A stretch of 64,000 nucleotides of DNA, taken from the NCBI GenBank assembly GCA_964016885.1, contig OZ024741.1:225618001-225682000 (forward strand), in the 5' to 3' direction. The first letter of the stretch is position 1, and every line of letters starts with the position of its first letter. Under the pieces are notes generated by a model that was not told where the DNA came from, searched no databases, and saw only the letters and a list, made by a program, of their open reading frames with translations. The position numbers and the translations under genes were made by a program. Source of the stretch: Eledone cirrhosa. Lineage: Eukaryota. Positions 39,400 to 52,230 of the stretch are shown here, piece by piece.

Positions 39400-41560
39400 C
39401 ACTAAAAGTGCCCTCTCCCGGATTCTTTCATCCTGCTTAGAAAAGCATTGTCAGAGTAGGCATATTCAACTTCGTCAGACTCACCGCTCTCACCAATGTT
39501 TCATAAAACACATTAGAAGGCAGCACTCTCCTTAAGTGATACTCGAAAACTTTTATGAGGGCATGGCCGTAGAGAAAAATTCCTGTCCTCATAGTTTTTA
39601 GACATGTTCACCATACAGCTTCCTTCACCATATCTACCAGGCTGCCCTCTAAAAGAAGTCTGATAGTCGGATCTGTCCTTCACAACACAAGCCCACAGGT
39701 ATGCAATACACAGACATTCGAGGATAGCATGCAGGACGGTTTTCGGCTATTGGCACTTCCATGCCAGTAAAGCTTATCTCGAACTGGTAGTGTCTATCTG
39801 TGGTAATGACATGCCAGGGAGATCTGGAAATCGTCCACAATCCTCGACTTGAAAGTCCACCGAAAGAGTCCACCTCGACGTGAAGTATCCACCAAAATAA
39901 AAAATGTAATAATGAAAATTCCCCAGTAGGGGGTGTAACATCCAGGGGAACCTACCAATCTTAAACCACCCTACCCTCCAACAGTATCCTAGGAGGGCAA
40001 GCCTCTCCCCATAAACTATCCAGTCTAATGGCGCATATTCGGAGTACGCCTATTAACATTTTAAGAAATGTACCGAGGGACAGCATTTCCCTCTTTATCA
40101 TCACCTTCCTTTCCAAGTTGAACCTGAAGACGTTGATCTGGGCTTGGCCGAAGACGAAAGTGCTAATGCCAAATATCCCCCTCTTCCTCAATCCCTTTAC
40201 TTCGTGATATGAGGGTTATCAGTTTTTTGTTGGCCCCTTTAACTCGCCCGAAGTTTTCTGTATGTGGTGTTTCTTTTGTGTGTTCGTTTATTTTCCTTTG
40301 ACTGTGGTTGTGGTATGGTTGATGGTGGTGCCGATGGTGGTTGTGTTGCCAGTTAGAGTGATTATGGAGATGGTGTTGTTTTAGATGTGCTTATGTTTGG
40401 TGTGGGTGTGTGTTTTGTGTTTTCTGGAATGAATATTGTATCACTGTTTATGTGTGAGCCTTAACATTTTTGTTTGTTTTATATTTCCTCTTCTCCTTCA
40501 CTGGGAAAGAAGAAGATGCGTGTGTCTGATAATGGTGGGGGTGCAATTATATTTGTGGCTTTGTGTGTGTGTGTTTAGAGTGGGTGGAGAGAAAGAGAGA
40601 GAGGGAGAAATTCTCTCATGGACGCCCTGGGTGGTTTTGGTGGAGTTTCTTGTTATTGGTGGTCATGGTCGTTTGGTTGTTGGTGTTGGTTTTCTTCCTA
40701 TAGCTGTTGCTTGTGGTGGTATGTTATTGATGTTGTTTTTATTGGTGTTTGTACTGCCACTGCAGTTTTTGGTTTTGCTGTTGAAGCCGATGCTGTTGCC
40801 AGGTTTGGACTGCTCTTCTTGTTCTTGCGGTTTTGGGACCCTTGAGTATCGGGGTCATCTGGTTCCCTGTTTTGTATTGAAGGCAAAAGCCTTTAAGTGG
40901 CCACTTTGCTCACACAAATGACAACGGTTCGTTAGTCCTCAACTAAAAATACAAGTCCACTCCTCCTGGCAGGCGAATGAGGTCTAGGATCTTGTGGATG
41001 TTACCTTGATATAGGTAGTGCCTCAACACTGATCCCAGACCAATTATCTCTTCGAGATCGTTTTATCCTCAGGAGAGTCTAACCTCTCTCTACGACTATG
41101 CAGGCCAATTGCTACCCGTTGTTTACTCCTGGTGGGATTCCAGAAATGTTTACCCCTACAGTCCTTCTTCCGAGATAGGAGGGCGTACTATATATACTTG
41201 TTGCTCTGGCAGGGAGCCACGAAGTGTTTTTTGGCCAGAGCATCGCTTTTAAAGAGCATTAGAATGCTCGCAAACTGCCTTGACACGACGGTGGGTTGTA
41301 CGTTGGGCGTTATTTTTTTTCAGTGCTCTTTCGATCCCTGCCTGATTTGTTGGCTTCGGGTGTCTCATGTTCTTGGATAAGCATTTGTACGTGACCGTCG
41401 TTTTTGGCCTTTCTCACAACACCTCGGGCGTGGGGCACGATAACCCAGGATCTTATCAGTTTGTATGCTTGGGCCAAACATGTGTCCTTTTCAGCGATGT
41501 ACATAAAGAACAGTTAAAGGCCTTTGGTAGCTGTTGCTGCAAATGTATTGTTTTTGTTGC
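39400..41560 (-). mobile_element. Decayed Tx1-like pieces (two ORF2 3' ends and an ORF1 remnant with a CCHC-like knuckle)
   Basis: 39400-39960 and 39960-40200 resemble 35150-35800; RCHLCEQSGHL at ~40895-40930. Confidence 0.6.
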
Positions 41561-41849
41561 TATTATTGTTGCAGTTATTATAGTTTGTGTTGTCGCTGTT
41601 GTCTGTGTTTGTATTATTTTTGTTAATTGTTTCAGCCGTTACAGTGGTGGTGGCGGTAGTGCTTTCTGGAGGCGACCAGGTTAAATGCCGCAAATATTGG
41701 CAGAAGTGAAAGGTCTATTTCCTTTACGGCTACTGCACGAGATAATGAGTTTAGGTTGCTGTTCATGCTGTTGTAACTGTTACTGTTGTTGTTGTTTTGT
41801 TGTTGTTGTTGTTGCTGTTGTTTTTGCTGTTGATGCTGCTGCGTGTGAT

Positions 41850-42500
41850 CATATTGTTTTCAGAATTGAAATTGAAAAAATGCAGCACCTCAAAGCCGTT
41901 ACAATACCTGTGATTGTGGGAGCACTGGGAATGATCAAGAAAGGAACAGAACAGTATTTGAGAAATGATCCCTGGTTTACCCTCTCTGTAAGAGGTGCCA
42001 AACATTGTTTTGACTGGTACTGCATACGTATTGAGAAGAGCACTATCTCTGTAAGAATGATATCCGCCCTTTTATGTATGTGCGGATGTGTGTAAGCGTG
42101 CGTGCGTGCATGGATATATTTTATTTATCTTATTTATATATGTATGTGTATGTATGTGTATATATGTACATGGGCATGTGTATGTATTTGTATCTGTGTG
42201 TTTGTATGTATATATATATATGTATATCTATATATGTGTGTGTATGTTGTGTGTATGTGTATATGTGTGTGTGTATGTTTGTGTGTGTGTATATATGTAT
42301 GTGTACATATGTGTGTATACACACGCACACATATATATATTTATATATGTATATATATTCTAAGCTGTAAATTATAATCAATGTGGTGTGTTAGCTGTCT
42401 TACCAATGTATAGAGTGAGTTTATCTGCCCCAGGTGTCAGGAAGACACTCGGCATATAACAGAAACATTACTGAAGGAAACGGAAAAACAATGATAATAA
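41850..42500 (+). mobile_element. Dong/R4 LINE 3' end with (TAA)n tail
   Basis: RIEIEKM.HLK...IPVIVGALGMIKKGT; tail aatgataataataat. Confidence 0.7.
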
Positions 42501-42604
42501 TAATAATGGTATTAATAATAGTAGTAGTAGTAGCAGTAGTAGTAGTAGTAGTAGTAGTAGTTGAAGCTATAACCACAATTCTGTATGAATAATGGATCAC
42601 TTAC

Positions 42605-42888
42605 TGATGCAAATAGTCATATTGCTGGAAAAGAGGTCGATGAGTGTACTCCATGAGTACAATGCACACGGTAGCCATTGCTAACATCATGAAAAGTTTG
42701 AGCATGGCTGAGAGTCGCAGGAAAATAGACACGCAAATAAAGCTAATGATACAGCTCATGTATATATACTGCGGTAGTTCGCATCTCAAGTGACTTTCTC
42801 CAGTGAAACTTGTATTATCTTCACTCAGCTGGAAGGTGGGAAATTTCGAAAGCGTGTAGTTAAGGATCAAACTTGGTTGGCAGCAAAA
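42605..42888 (-). CDS. ADCY: Adenylate cyclase exon (M2 extracellular loop and TM helices; FCCQPSLILNYT...CELPQY...FLRLSAMLKL...YDYLH)
   Basis: C..P.Y and FL.L....KL motifs of AC M2, with candidate N-glycosylation sequons NYT and NTS. ctatttttccag acceptor and gtaagt donor; 284 bp. Confidence 0.92.
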
Positions 42889-42989
42889 CTGGAAAAATAG
42901 AGACATAGATAGATAATTACAATCTTAATTAATTAAATCGATACAAATAGGTGCACACACATATATATATATATATAAAAGTCTAAGTC

Positions 42990-43235
42990 TGTCTTAAGCC
43001 AGAAGGCTAATCCCGGTTTCATCGACTGAGAGTACAAAACTCCCTCCTGGACAGGATGTCAGTCCATCGCAGGGTTAGATCCCCTGCTATTGCTGATACT
43101 CATTTTCAGCTGAATATATTGGAGTAATGTGAAATGAAGTGTTTTGCTCAAGATCATAATACGCAACCCAGGAATCGAACCCACGACATTATAATCGTAA
43201 GTCCAATACCCTTACTACTAGGCCACGTGCCTCCA
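42990..43235 (-). mobile_element. SINE family B
   Basis: ggaggcacgtggcctagtagtaagg...gggttcgattcctgg...cttgagcaaaacacttcatttcac. Confidence 0.7.
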
Positions 43236-43533
43236 CTATGTGTATGTGTGTATATATATATCTTGTAGTGTGTACTTAATAGTAATTGTCTCAATACAAA
43301 ATCAGATTTTTTTAATCTTTGTTCCCACGGTTCTAAGTACGTGTTACGTAACTAAAGGACCCAGACTAATTTAAACCAGAGTGAACTAAATTGTCTCCCT
43401 TGTCACCGTCCATACTCACAGACAGGTTACCTCATATGTTCTTCCGTTTTTCAGTACAATCTCACTCGAATTGAAAATCAATTGGATGAAACGCTCGTGC
43501 TCGAGTATAGTTTACTAATTTGTTGTGGAACTA

Positions 43534-43596
<63 letters not shown>

Positions 43597-43621
43597 ATGT
43601 GTATATATATATATATATATA

Positions 43622-44131
43622 TGTCAGGTCACCAGTTGGTGCTACTGGTAACATGTATCCCAGTACAACCTGTCTCAAGGTCGGATCGTTGGCGACTAAA
43701 CTGGCAACCCCACCAAGGTTTCTTGGGGAGGAGGGTGACATTGGACATCCTGCAGGACTAAACACAAAACCTGTCAAAGGGCAAAGGAGCTCTTAACCGG
43801 GAGAGATGACCCCTTAGCCTTTGTCAAGGCAGAATTCTAGGAGAAGGAAAACTCTGATATAACACCTGCAACCCTGATAGTGTCCAATGATGTTGACTTG
43901 TTCTTTTTGGTAAATATCATCTTGGTTAAGAAAGTGGGACTGGCTTTGTGCAGTGCCTTTGCTCACTATAAAAGCTTCACGGCACAGGCATTGCTTTATA
44001 TCTGGAGATCTCTTTGCACTTGTCATCACATGGTACCATGGGCCCAGCACTATGTGTCAATAATTGTCACAAGTGTAGTGTTTGTACCAGAGTTTTCAAG
44101 TCGCTGGCTGGACTAAAAGTTGGCAGCCACC
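43622..44131 (+). mobile_element. Non-autonomous RTE derivative (longer 5' end than the 30985 copy)
   Basis: Shares ~320 bp with 30997-31320; 5' segment ctactggtaacatgtatcccagtacaacctg also occurs at 31496. Confidence 0.75.
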
Positions 44132-44137
44132 ATATAT

Positions 44138-44225
<88 letters not shown>

Positions 44226-44432
44226 TATAGTATATTTGGCAATATACCGTATGTTTAATTAAAAACATTTTGGAGACCCTACGCTATCATTCTTAAAGTA
44301 GTCACTATGTCAGCATTTTCTTTTCCTTTTGCTAATATATTTATATATATATATATATATATGTGTATACATTTATATACATACATATATATATACACAT
44401 ATATATATATATATATGTATACATTTATATAT

Positions 44433-44553
<121 letters not shown>

Positions 44554-44554
44554 T

Positions 44555-44603
<49 letters not shown>

Positions 44604-44739
44604 TATGCAAGAAATGATTAAGATTATCCTGAATGCAGTAATGGTTAATTACTACCCTAGATAGAGTCGACGTACGATGAGGGGTCACTCAACGAGTTAT
44701 GGAAGAATAGTTAAAGAAACACAGTTCCTTCTTCTTCTG

Positions 44740-45046
44740 TAATCTTGAGTGTAGATAAAGAATGAATAATAAAACAGGTAGACATCATAAAAAGGTAATT
44801 TATTCCGAGTGCTTACAAATGTTTCAACAGTAGTTACACAGCGTAGTCATGCTATGTACAAATTGGTAGTTATTTATTTGCAGATATTCAATTTTCAAAT
44901 ACTTCTTCTCCTAACGTGTCTTCAGAGCAGAATGGTTAAAATGTAAATTCCCTTGTATTTCTTAAAGGAAGTTATTGGGGAAGATAGAGTAGAAAAAGGA
45001 AGAGAGAAAGAAGGGGAGAGAGAGATAGATAGATAGAGAGAGATAG

Positions 45047-45098
<52 letters not shown>

Positions 45099-45320
45099 AT
45101 AGAGAGAGATGTAGGTGTCTGAGAAATGGGAGAGAGTGGTTTGAAGAATACAGATAGCTTAATCTATATGTTGTGATAGGGATCCAACAGGTGGTTTTAT
45201 TATACTGCTTACTCTCTAAGTGACAACTTAGCCAACCACTTGTTGGACCTCCATCACAACGTTTAGATTAAGCTATCTGTATTCTTCAAACCTCTCTCTA
45301 CCATTTCTCCGACCCATACA

Positions 45321-45330
<10 letters not shown>
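44740..45330 (-). mobile_element. PLE-like terminal fragment with a hammerhead-like motif (44810-44929) and a fold-back (45100-45330)
   Basis: Minus strand: TGCT-CTGAAGA-c...t-GAAA-CATTTG-T-A-AGCA; arms tttgaagaatacagatagcttaatcta / tagattaagctatctgtattcttcaaa. Confidence 0.6.
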
Positions 45331-45351
<21 letters not shown>

Positions 45352-45614
45352 ATTTTATTATTCATTTTATATATATATATATGTGTGTGTGTATATATAT
45401 ATGTGTGTGCGTATATATATATATGTGTGTGTATATATATGTGTGTATTTATATATATGTATATATATGTATATATTAGAAAGTGAGGTTTTTTTTACAA
45501 AATGAAAAATAACCGAGGTGTCCTACACGAGTGAAAGTATAAAGAAAAAGAGATGAAATCGAAAATGCAACTGGAGTCTTATTTAAAAAAAAATATATAT
45601 ATATTTATTTGGTT

Positions 45615-45652
45615 CCTTTACCGGTTTCGCAGTTCTTCTGCTTTTCAAAAGG
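45615..45652 (-). ncRNA. Minimal type I hammerhead ribozyme, U3-A8 core variant
   Basis: CCTT-TTGAAAA-GCAG aagaa CTGC-GAAA-CCGG-T-A-AAGG; all three stems close. Confidence 0.75.
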
Positions 45653-45895
45653 TGAGTTGAGATGGAGGGTCTGTGGTTTTTCTCATATATATATATATAT
45701 TGTTATATTTGGGGAGGGTCATATTTGTGTAATATTGCCAGAATTAATAACAGAACACACTCACTGTTTGCTTTTCGCTTCTGTGTCTTTTATATCGGTT
45801 AATTTAATTTATTCTGTCCTCAATGTTGCCATTGACTGACCAACGGTCAAAAATAATACAGATACAATATAGACTCAAACACATATATATAGTTT

Positions 45896-45937
45896 ATCGA
45901 AGTTCTTTCGTTGCACATCTGCAACATCGTCAGTGGT
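45896..45937 (-). ncRNA. Hammerhead-like motif with an extra nucleotide after A9
   Basis: CTGACGA-t-GTTGCA gatg TGCAAC-GAAA-GAAC-T-T; stem I weak. Confidence 0.55.
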
Positions 45938-46089
45938 GCTATTATGTTTCCTCCCGTTACATTGGATGTCTACGCCATCTTTATTTGTTTCGACACACGA
46001 TTTCATATAAAAAACCTCGCAAAACTAATTCATCGCCGTTATATATATATATATATATATAGCTTTTTACATTCATTTGATTTATTGAT

Positions 46090-46296
46090 TTATTGATATT
46101 TTATCTGAGTGACCCGAATCTTCCAGATCGTAATTTTTCGGTCGTATGGTTGATTTTAGATATGATCTATGTGTGTTGGTATTTTAACGATAGTTATAGC
46201 TCTGATTTATCTGAATTATTGAGCCCTCTGCCACTCATTTCGAATTTTGTTTATCGTGAACTCGTGCGCCGATTTTTCGATACTCGATTATTCTAC

Positions 46297-46297
<1 letters not shown>
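46090..46297. repeat. Unclassified ~200-bp interspersed repeat (second copy ~55480-55675)
   Basis: Shared gacccgaat...gtgtgttggt.ttt.aacgatagttatag.tctg.tttat...attgagccct.tgccac.catttcgaa. Confidence 0.65.
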
Positions 46298-46386
<89 letters not shown>

Positions 46387-46557
46387 TTTATTATTATTAC
46401 TATATATATAAATATATATATATATATACACATTTATTATTATTACTATATATATATTTAAGGAACGATCGACTTTCGTCAAATCGGACCGAGGGAACAA
46501 TGTTTCCGTTGGTCTTTCCAATTGCTAATACTATCTATCGGTCGCAACTCCAGGTAG

Positions 46558-46678
46558 AAGGAGCAACGTGAAATAAAGTGTCTTGCTCAAGGACATAACG
46601 CATCGCCTGGTCCAGGAATCGAACTCACAACCTTACGATTGCGAATCCAATTCTCTAACCACTCAGCCACACGCCTTC
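46558..46678 (-). mobile_element. SINE family B, 5' part
   Basis: gaaggcgtgtggctgagtggttagag...gagttcgattcctgg...cttgagcaagacacttta. Confidence 0.75.
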
Positions 46679-46698
46679 ACTATATATCTATATACATG

Positions 46699-46895
<197 letters not shown>

Positions 46896-46925
46896 ATAGA
46901 TATGGATATATATATGTATATATAA

Positions 46926-47017
<92 letters not shown>

Positions 47018-47145
47018 ATAATAATAAATTTGAAGACTAAAACCCAAAGAGGGCTCGTTAGATAGACTTTGTTAGTTTCAGAAGATCCCGTTAAGGGTGA
47101 AAGCAGCGTTTCTTTGCTTAAACTTTAATCTGTTATTTTAATATA

Positions 47146-47229
<84 letters not shown>

Positions 47230-47259
47230 AAAGAATAGAGGTGTAACACACAAGTTATG

Positions 47260-47783
47260 ATATATTGGTAAACGGAAAAGAAAATGCTGACAAATTGTTC
47301 ACAGTGAAAATTAGTTTAATTAGGAATAAGTGGGAATTAGTAATAGTATAGGTTAGTATTCAGTTTTGGTTTTAAGTTTTACCGGTTGCGCATTTCTAAT
47401 GCTTTTCAAAAATAATTTTGAGATAGAGCGTCCGTGATGTTTGCTCTGATCTGATTAGTTTTGGGAATTCTAGCTGTTTTTATGTTCAAAAAGTGGCTCC
47501 AGCGGTATTAAAATAAGTTTTGCGCCAATTCGTGTTGCAAAAATTCTTGTGGTCAAAACAATTTTGATTGGTCGGTAGAGGTCATGTGAATGTTAAAAAT
47601 TGATTTTGCGCCAAATGTAGGTTTGTGTCGGCTGATTGAGAAGTCACTGAGAAATAAGTCTTTCAAAACAAATATGTGTGCGTGTGTGTGAAGTAGTAGT
47701 AAAGAGGTTCGTTGTTGTGATAATGGTCAGCAGGGATGTGTGTGCGAACCGCAGCCTGTTGACAGTTCAAATGCCTATTAAGA

Positions 47784-47822
<39 letters not shown>

Positions 47823-48575
47823 CAGAGTAATTCGTGGTAGAGGGATGGTCAGTAGGAATGTGTCTGTTTGTGTGTGGGGGTTATTTTAACATGTTAAAAG
47901 ATGTTTTTCAGCTCTTGTCTTATACGGAGAAGTGTGTGTGTGTGTGTGTGTCTCTTTGTATGTTAATGTACGCGTGTGTATGTGTGTGTGTATATATGTG
48001 CGTGTGTTCGCATACACGTGTGTGTGTGTGTGAGAATGTGTGTGTGTGTGTGGGTGGACCAGTAATTATTTTTGTGGTACTGGTGAGATGGTGTACATTA
48101 TTCGATATTTTCAGTAAAAACGATTCTCTCAATAGAACATCAAAAACCTTAATAATAAAAGGTGTGAAATGATATATAGTATTGGCATAATACCAAGGTG
48201 TGTGTGAGTGTGTCCAGATTGTACGTACTGCAAGGGGAATCCAAAAGGTCTTGCCGTATTGGAATACCTGTGCACAAATATGTATCTGGAGTGTGTCCAG
48301 AAATTGTATACCTGTGCACAAATTGTATACCTGTGCACAAATTGTATACTTGTGTACAACATAAAAACAGGTAGAATTCCCAAAACTAATCAGATCAGAG
48401 CAAACATCACGGACGCTCTATCTCAAAATTATTTTTGAAAAGCATTAGAAATGCGCAACCAGTAAAACTTAAAACCAAAACTGAATACTAACCAATACTA
48501 TTACTAATTCTCATTTATTCCTAATTAAACTATTTTTCACTGTGAACAATTTGTCAGCATTTTCTTTTCCGTTTA

Positions 48576-48583
<8 letters not shown>
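47260..48583. mobile_element. Fold-back element with ~225-bp inverted arms (47260-47486 / 48357-48583) carrying a decayed U3-A8 hammerhead
   Basis: Arms read directly; TTT-TTGAAAA-GCATT aga AATGC-GCAA-CC(G/A)G-T-A-AAA; (TA)n flanks. Confidence 0.8.
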
Positions 48584-48607
<24 letters not shown>

Positions 48608-48609
<2 letters not shown>

Positions 48610-48762
48610 AAGGTAAGGCGACATAAACAAGAGATGGAAAGTTCCCTTCGTCAGTTGTCTACTACGGGTCACGGATGATAATGCGCCGAAATATCCATGT
48701 CCCGAGGTAGACAACTGACGAAGGGAAACTGTCCATCTCTTGTTTGCGTCGCTTTACCTTCT
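48608..48762. repeat. ~155-bp hairpin (55-bp arms) containing CTGACGAAGG
   Basis: agaaggtaaggcgac..aaacaagagatgga.agtt.ccttcgtcagttgtctac and its reverse complement. Confidence 0.8.
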
Positions 48763-49039
48763 AACACTAGCTCCATCAATCCATATATATATATATGAAA
48801 ATTGTGTGCGAAGATCTGACCGTAAATTTAAATAAAAATAATGGGGCGTATAAACCCACTGAACGGCAGCAGAATTGCTTATAGGCCCGGTTATTATTAG
48901 ACGATTTTATTTTGTCAAAGTAACGGCGAGATTTAATTCAATTTTCAAATTTCGCTTGCCATTTAAAAACATACATGCTTTGACAGACATACACACATGA
49001 TTATGATAGTGATGACGATGGCAATGATGATGGTGATGG

Positions 49040-49074
<35 letters not shown>

Positions 49075-49245
49075 GATGATGAATGGACAAAATAAGTGCA
49101 AATATTTGACTTCTTGCCCTGAATTGTATATGGAACTGAGGAATTGTTAAGTGTTCAGGGCAATAATTTAATGTATAACCGATGATGTTATAGGTTTGGA
49201 AAGAGGATATCTCGGGGGTGAAAGAAAGAAAGAAAGAGGAGAGAA

Positions 49246-49332
<87 letters not shown>

Positions 49333-49363
49333 TATATGTATATATATATGTATATATATATTC

Positions 49364-49442
49364 CTCTACTGAGGAACGATTCCAACCGTGACCAATCCCA
49401 CTGAAAAGTTTCGTGAAATAGTCTTTTTAAGACTATATAGAG
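49364..49442 (+). ncRNA. Complete type I hammerhead ribozyme
   Basis: CTCTA-CTGAGGA-ACGA..TCGT-GAAA-TAGTCTT ttt AAGACTA-T-A-TAGAG; predicted cleavage after A49437. Confidence 0.8.
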
Positions 49443-49711
49443 CATTTGTAGTTTTTCCAAATTGAAGGATGAGTATTTAAACTTTATTTTATTCTGAGTT
49501 AAGGCTCGATTGATTTTTCCCTGGATTTCACAAAATCTGTGGATAAAATCTCTGTCTTGATTTTTTAAAATTGAGTTTGAATTATTTTCCCATATCTTAC
49601 GTTAATTATTTTCCATTTTGACATTATAGTCACTTATATATTATGAAATACTGTTGGCTTCTTGCTCACATTAATTTCTCTATTTTCATTTATATATATA
49701 TGGAGAGAGAG

Positions 49712-49754
<43 letters not shown>

Positions 49755-49859
49755 TATATTTGTATGTATACATATATATATATGTATACATATATATATA
49801 TATGTGTATGTATACATATATATATATTGAGAATATAGATAGCACATCTGAAACTCTAT

Positions 49860-52050
49860 ATGCTAACGGTTGTAATTGTAGAATAAAAGATAATTGCCCC
49901 CCCCCCCCCCCATGGAAATTGCTTAATTAATAATATAGTATATAAATGTGTAATCACCACTTATGACTCTAATCAATCCTATATTGGATCCACTTCTAAT
50001 CCATTTAAATTGAGATTTTATGCACATACCCACAGTTTCCGAAACACAAATTTAGCTAATACCACTTCTTTAGCAGAAGCAGTTAATAATTGTAAAAGGA
50101 GGAATGTTAAATATAACCTAACTTGGAAGGTTATTAAGAGAGCTATTTCTTATCAGGGCAATAGAAGGGAGTGTGGATTGTGTTCCCAAGAAATTTTTGA
50201 AATTACTAAATCGAAAGACACTCTACTAAATAAAAGACAAGAATTAATTATAGTATGTAACCTTAAAATTAGAAGGATATTTCAAATATTATAAATACAA
50301 CTAAACAAATATAGAAAATGATATAGGAGAAAAAATGTGTGAGTATATGTGTGTGTGTAAATATGTATATCTGTGTGTGTGTATGTATGTGTATGCATAA
50401 GTGTATGTCTATATATATACATGTGTGTGAGTACATGTATATGTGTGTGTGTATATAGTATGTGTTTGTGTATGTGCATGTATATATATATGTATGTATG
50501 TGTGTGTATATACGTGTGTGTATATATATGTGTGTATGTATATGCGTGTGTATATATATATATCTCTCTCTCTATATATATATATTTAATACATTAGCAG
50601 AGAAAGCTTTAAGCGATGCTCTGACCAACTCCATCTCACTCAACATACATTAGGATATACCTAAGTATAATCCGACTTAAGTGTTTGGGGTGCTAACTAT
50701 ATAGTATTCCGTGGAAAGTTGGTTGGATTATTTTTTATGAGACATAATTAAATAAATCTCTCTTTCTTTCCATACGATCGTTTCGTTATAAGATTTCTAC
50801 AAGTTGGGATAAATAATGTCTACGTTATGTAGAAACTTGTATATAATCCATATATATACACACAAGCGGGCCCTTATAACTCATCAGTGGATGCCCATGC
50901 AATATCGATATAAAAAATTACATCGATATTAATAATTAGTGATGGTCTCCGTCAGTGCTAGAAGGACAGATAAATTTGAAAAGCCTTCAAAAAGAAAATT
51001 CACACTGTCCCCAAAAGAGAAAGGGGAGGTCATCGTAAAATATATAATAATATACACGCTGGTCATTGAAGCCTGTTAGGTATTTTAACCACGTGTTTAA
51101 GAACTCAATTGGATATTAAAAATATATATATATATATTTTCTGCTATTAGAATTAATACATGGATTAAATCCTATATCCCATCCCTATAACTGTTTTAAG
51201 TGATTAACTATAACTTAGCACTATATATTATATTATTTTCAATAATCTAACAAAATGTTTAACTGATATCCATTTAAACCTCTTTTTTAAAAAAAACAAA
51301 ACAACCAGATTATCAATGTAGATTCTTATTCGAAAATATAATCCCTACAGGGGAAACCTCATTCTAACCACTCTAACACAATACAATACTTACACTAACT
51401 TTAGTATTTTCTTACCTATATAATATTTTATCTATATTTTATCTAAATTTTACTTCCATTTGGCTTCATTTATATTCCTCTACTTATTATATTATATATT
51501 TTTAGAACAAATTATTCCTCACAACAAAGAAATAACAAACATTTTAAGATTGTTCTATACCATTCTACTTGATGTAACACACTAATCTCAGTACCCTTTA
51601 TCCTCCAACAGTAATCTTCATTGACCATCAACACTTTTATATACAATATGTCTAAATTCATTTACACTAGCAACTTTCATTTCTTTTCTTAAAGGTCATT
51701 TGATACCTCATCCCCTGACGGCTTATTTATTCATCTACTACTATCTACTTATGGATCTATACTGCCCCTTCCTATTCTTACTATTGGTCACCCTCAACCT
51801 GGTTATAAAACGTTACTTATTCATATGTATGTGTTTTTTTGTATTCTTCAATAAACAAAACTCATTATTTCTGAAGAGGGCGGGTAGTGAAGACGTATGT
51901 ATATATTTCTTACTATGATATTTTGTAATATATTTTACATAGATCAATAATTGAATGGATATACGGGGAACTACCCCCCAGAAACGATCGTAAAATAAAG
52001 AGTTTTACTATGAATTAACCGTTTTTTGTTTAATTTCATTGTTTTAATAT
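49860..52050 (+). mobile_element. 5'-truncated PLE (GIY-YIG remnant, long 3' region, terminal hammerhead-like motif at 51865-51998)
   Basis: GCNCRIKDNC..CLINNIVYKC..SYIGSTSNPFKLRFYAH..CGLC; TTATTT-CTGAAGA-ggg.gggtagt...actaccccc.a-GAAA-CGATCG-T-A-AAATAA. Continuity of the middle part is not verified. Confidence 0.7.
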
Positions 52051-52230
52051 ATATATATTTATATATGTGTATCCCGGGTTCAATCGGGGGTAACCACAGT
52101 AAGTAAGGTACTAAATACATAGCAGATTATAAATATTTAATACAGAAATGGATTTTACATGATTAGAACTGTTTTCCTGATGGTTTTTTTCGAATGAAAC
52201 AGTTCTAGTCCAGTAGATGCGATTTCTATA

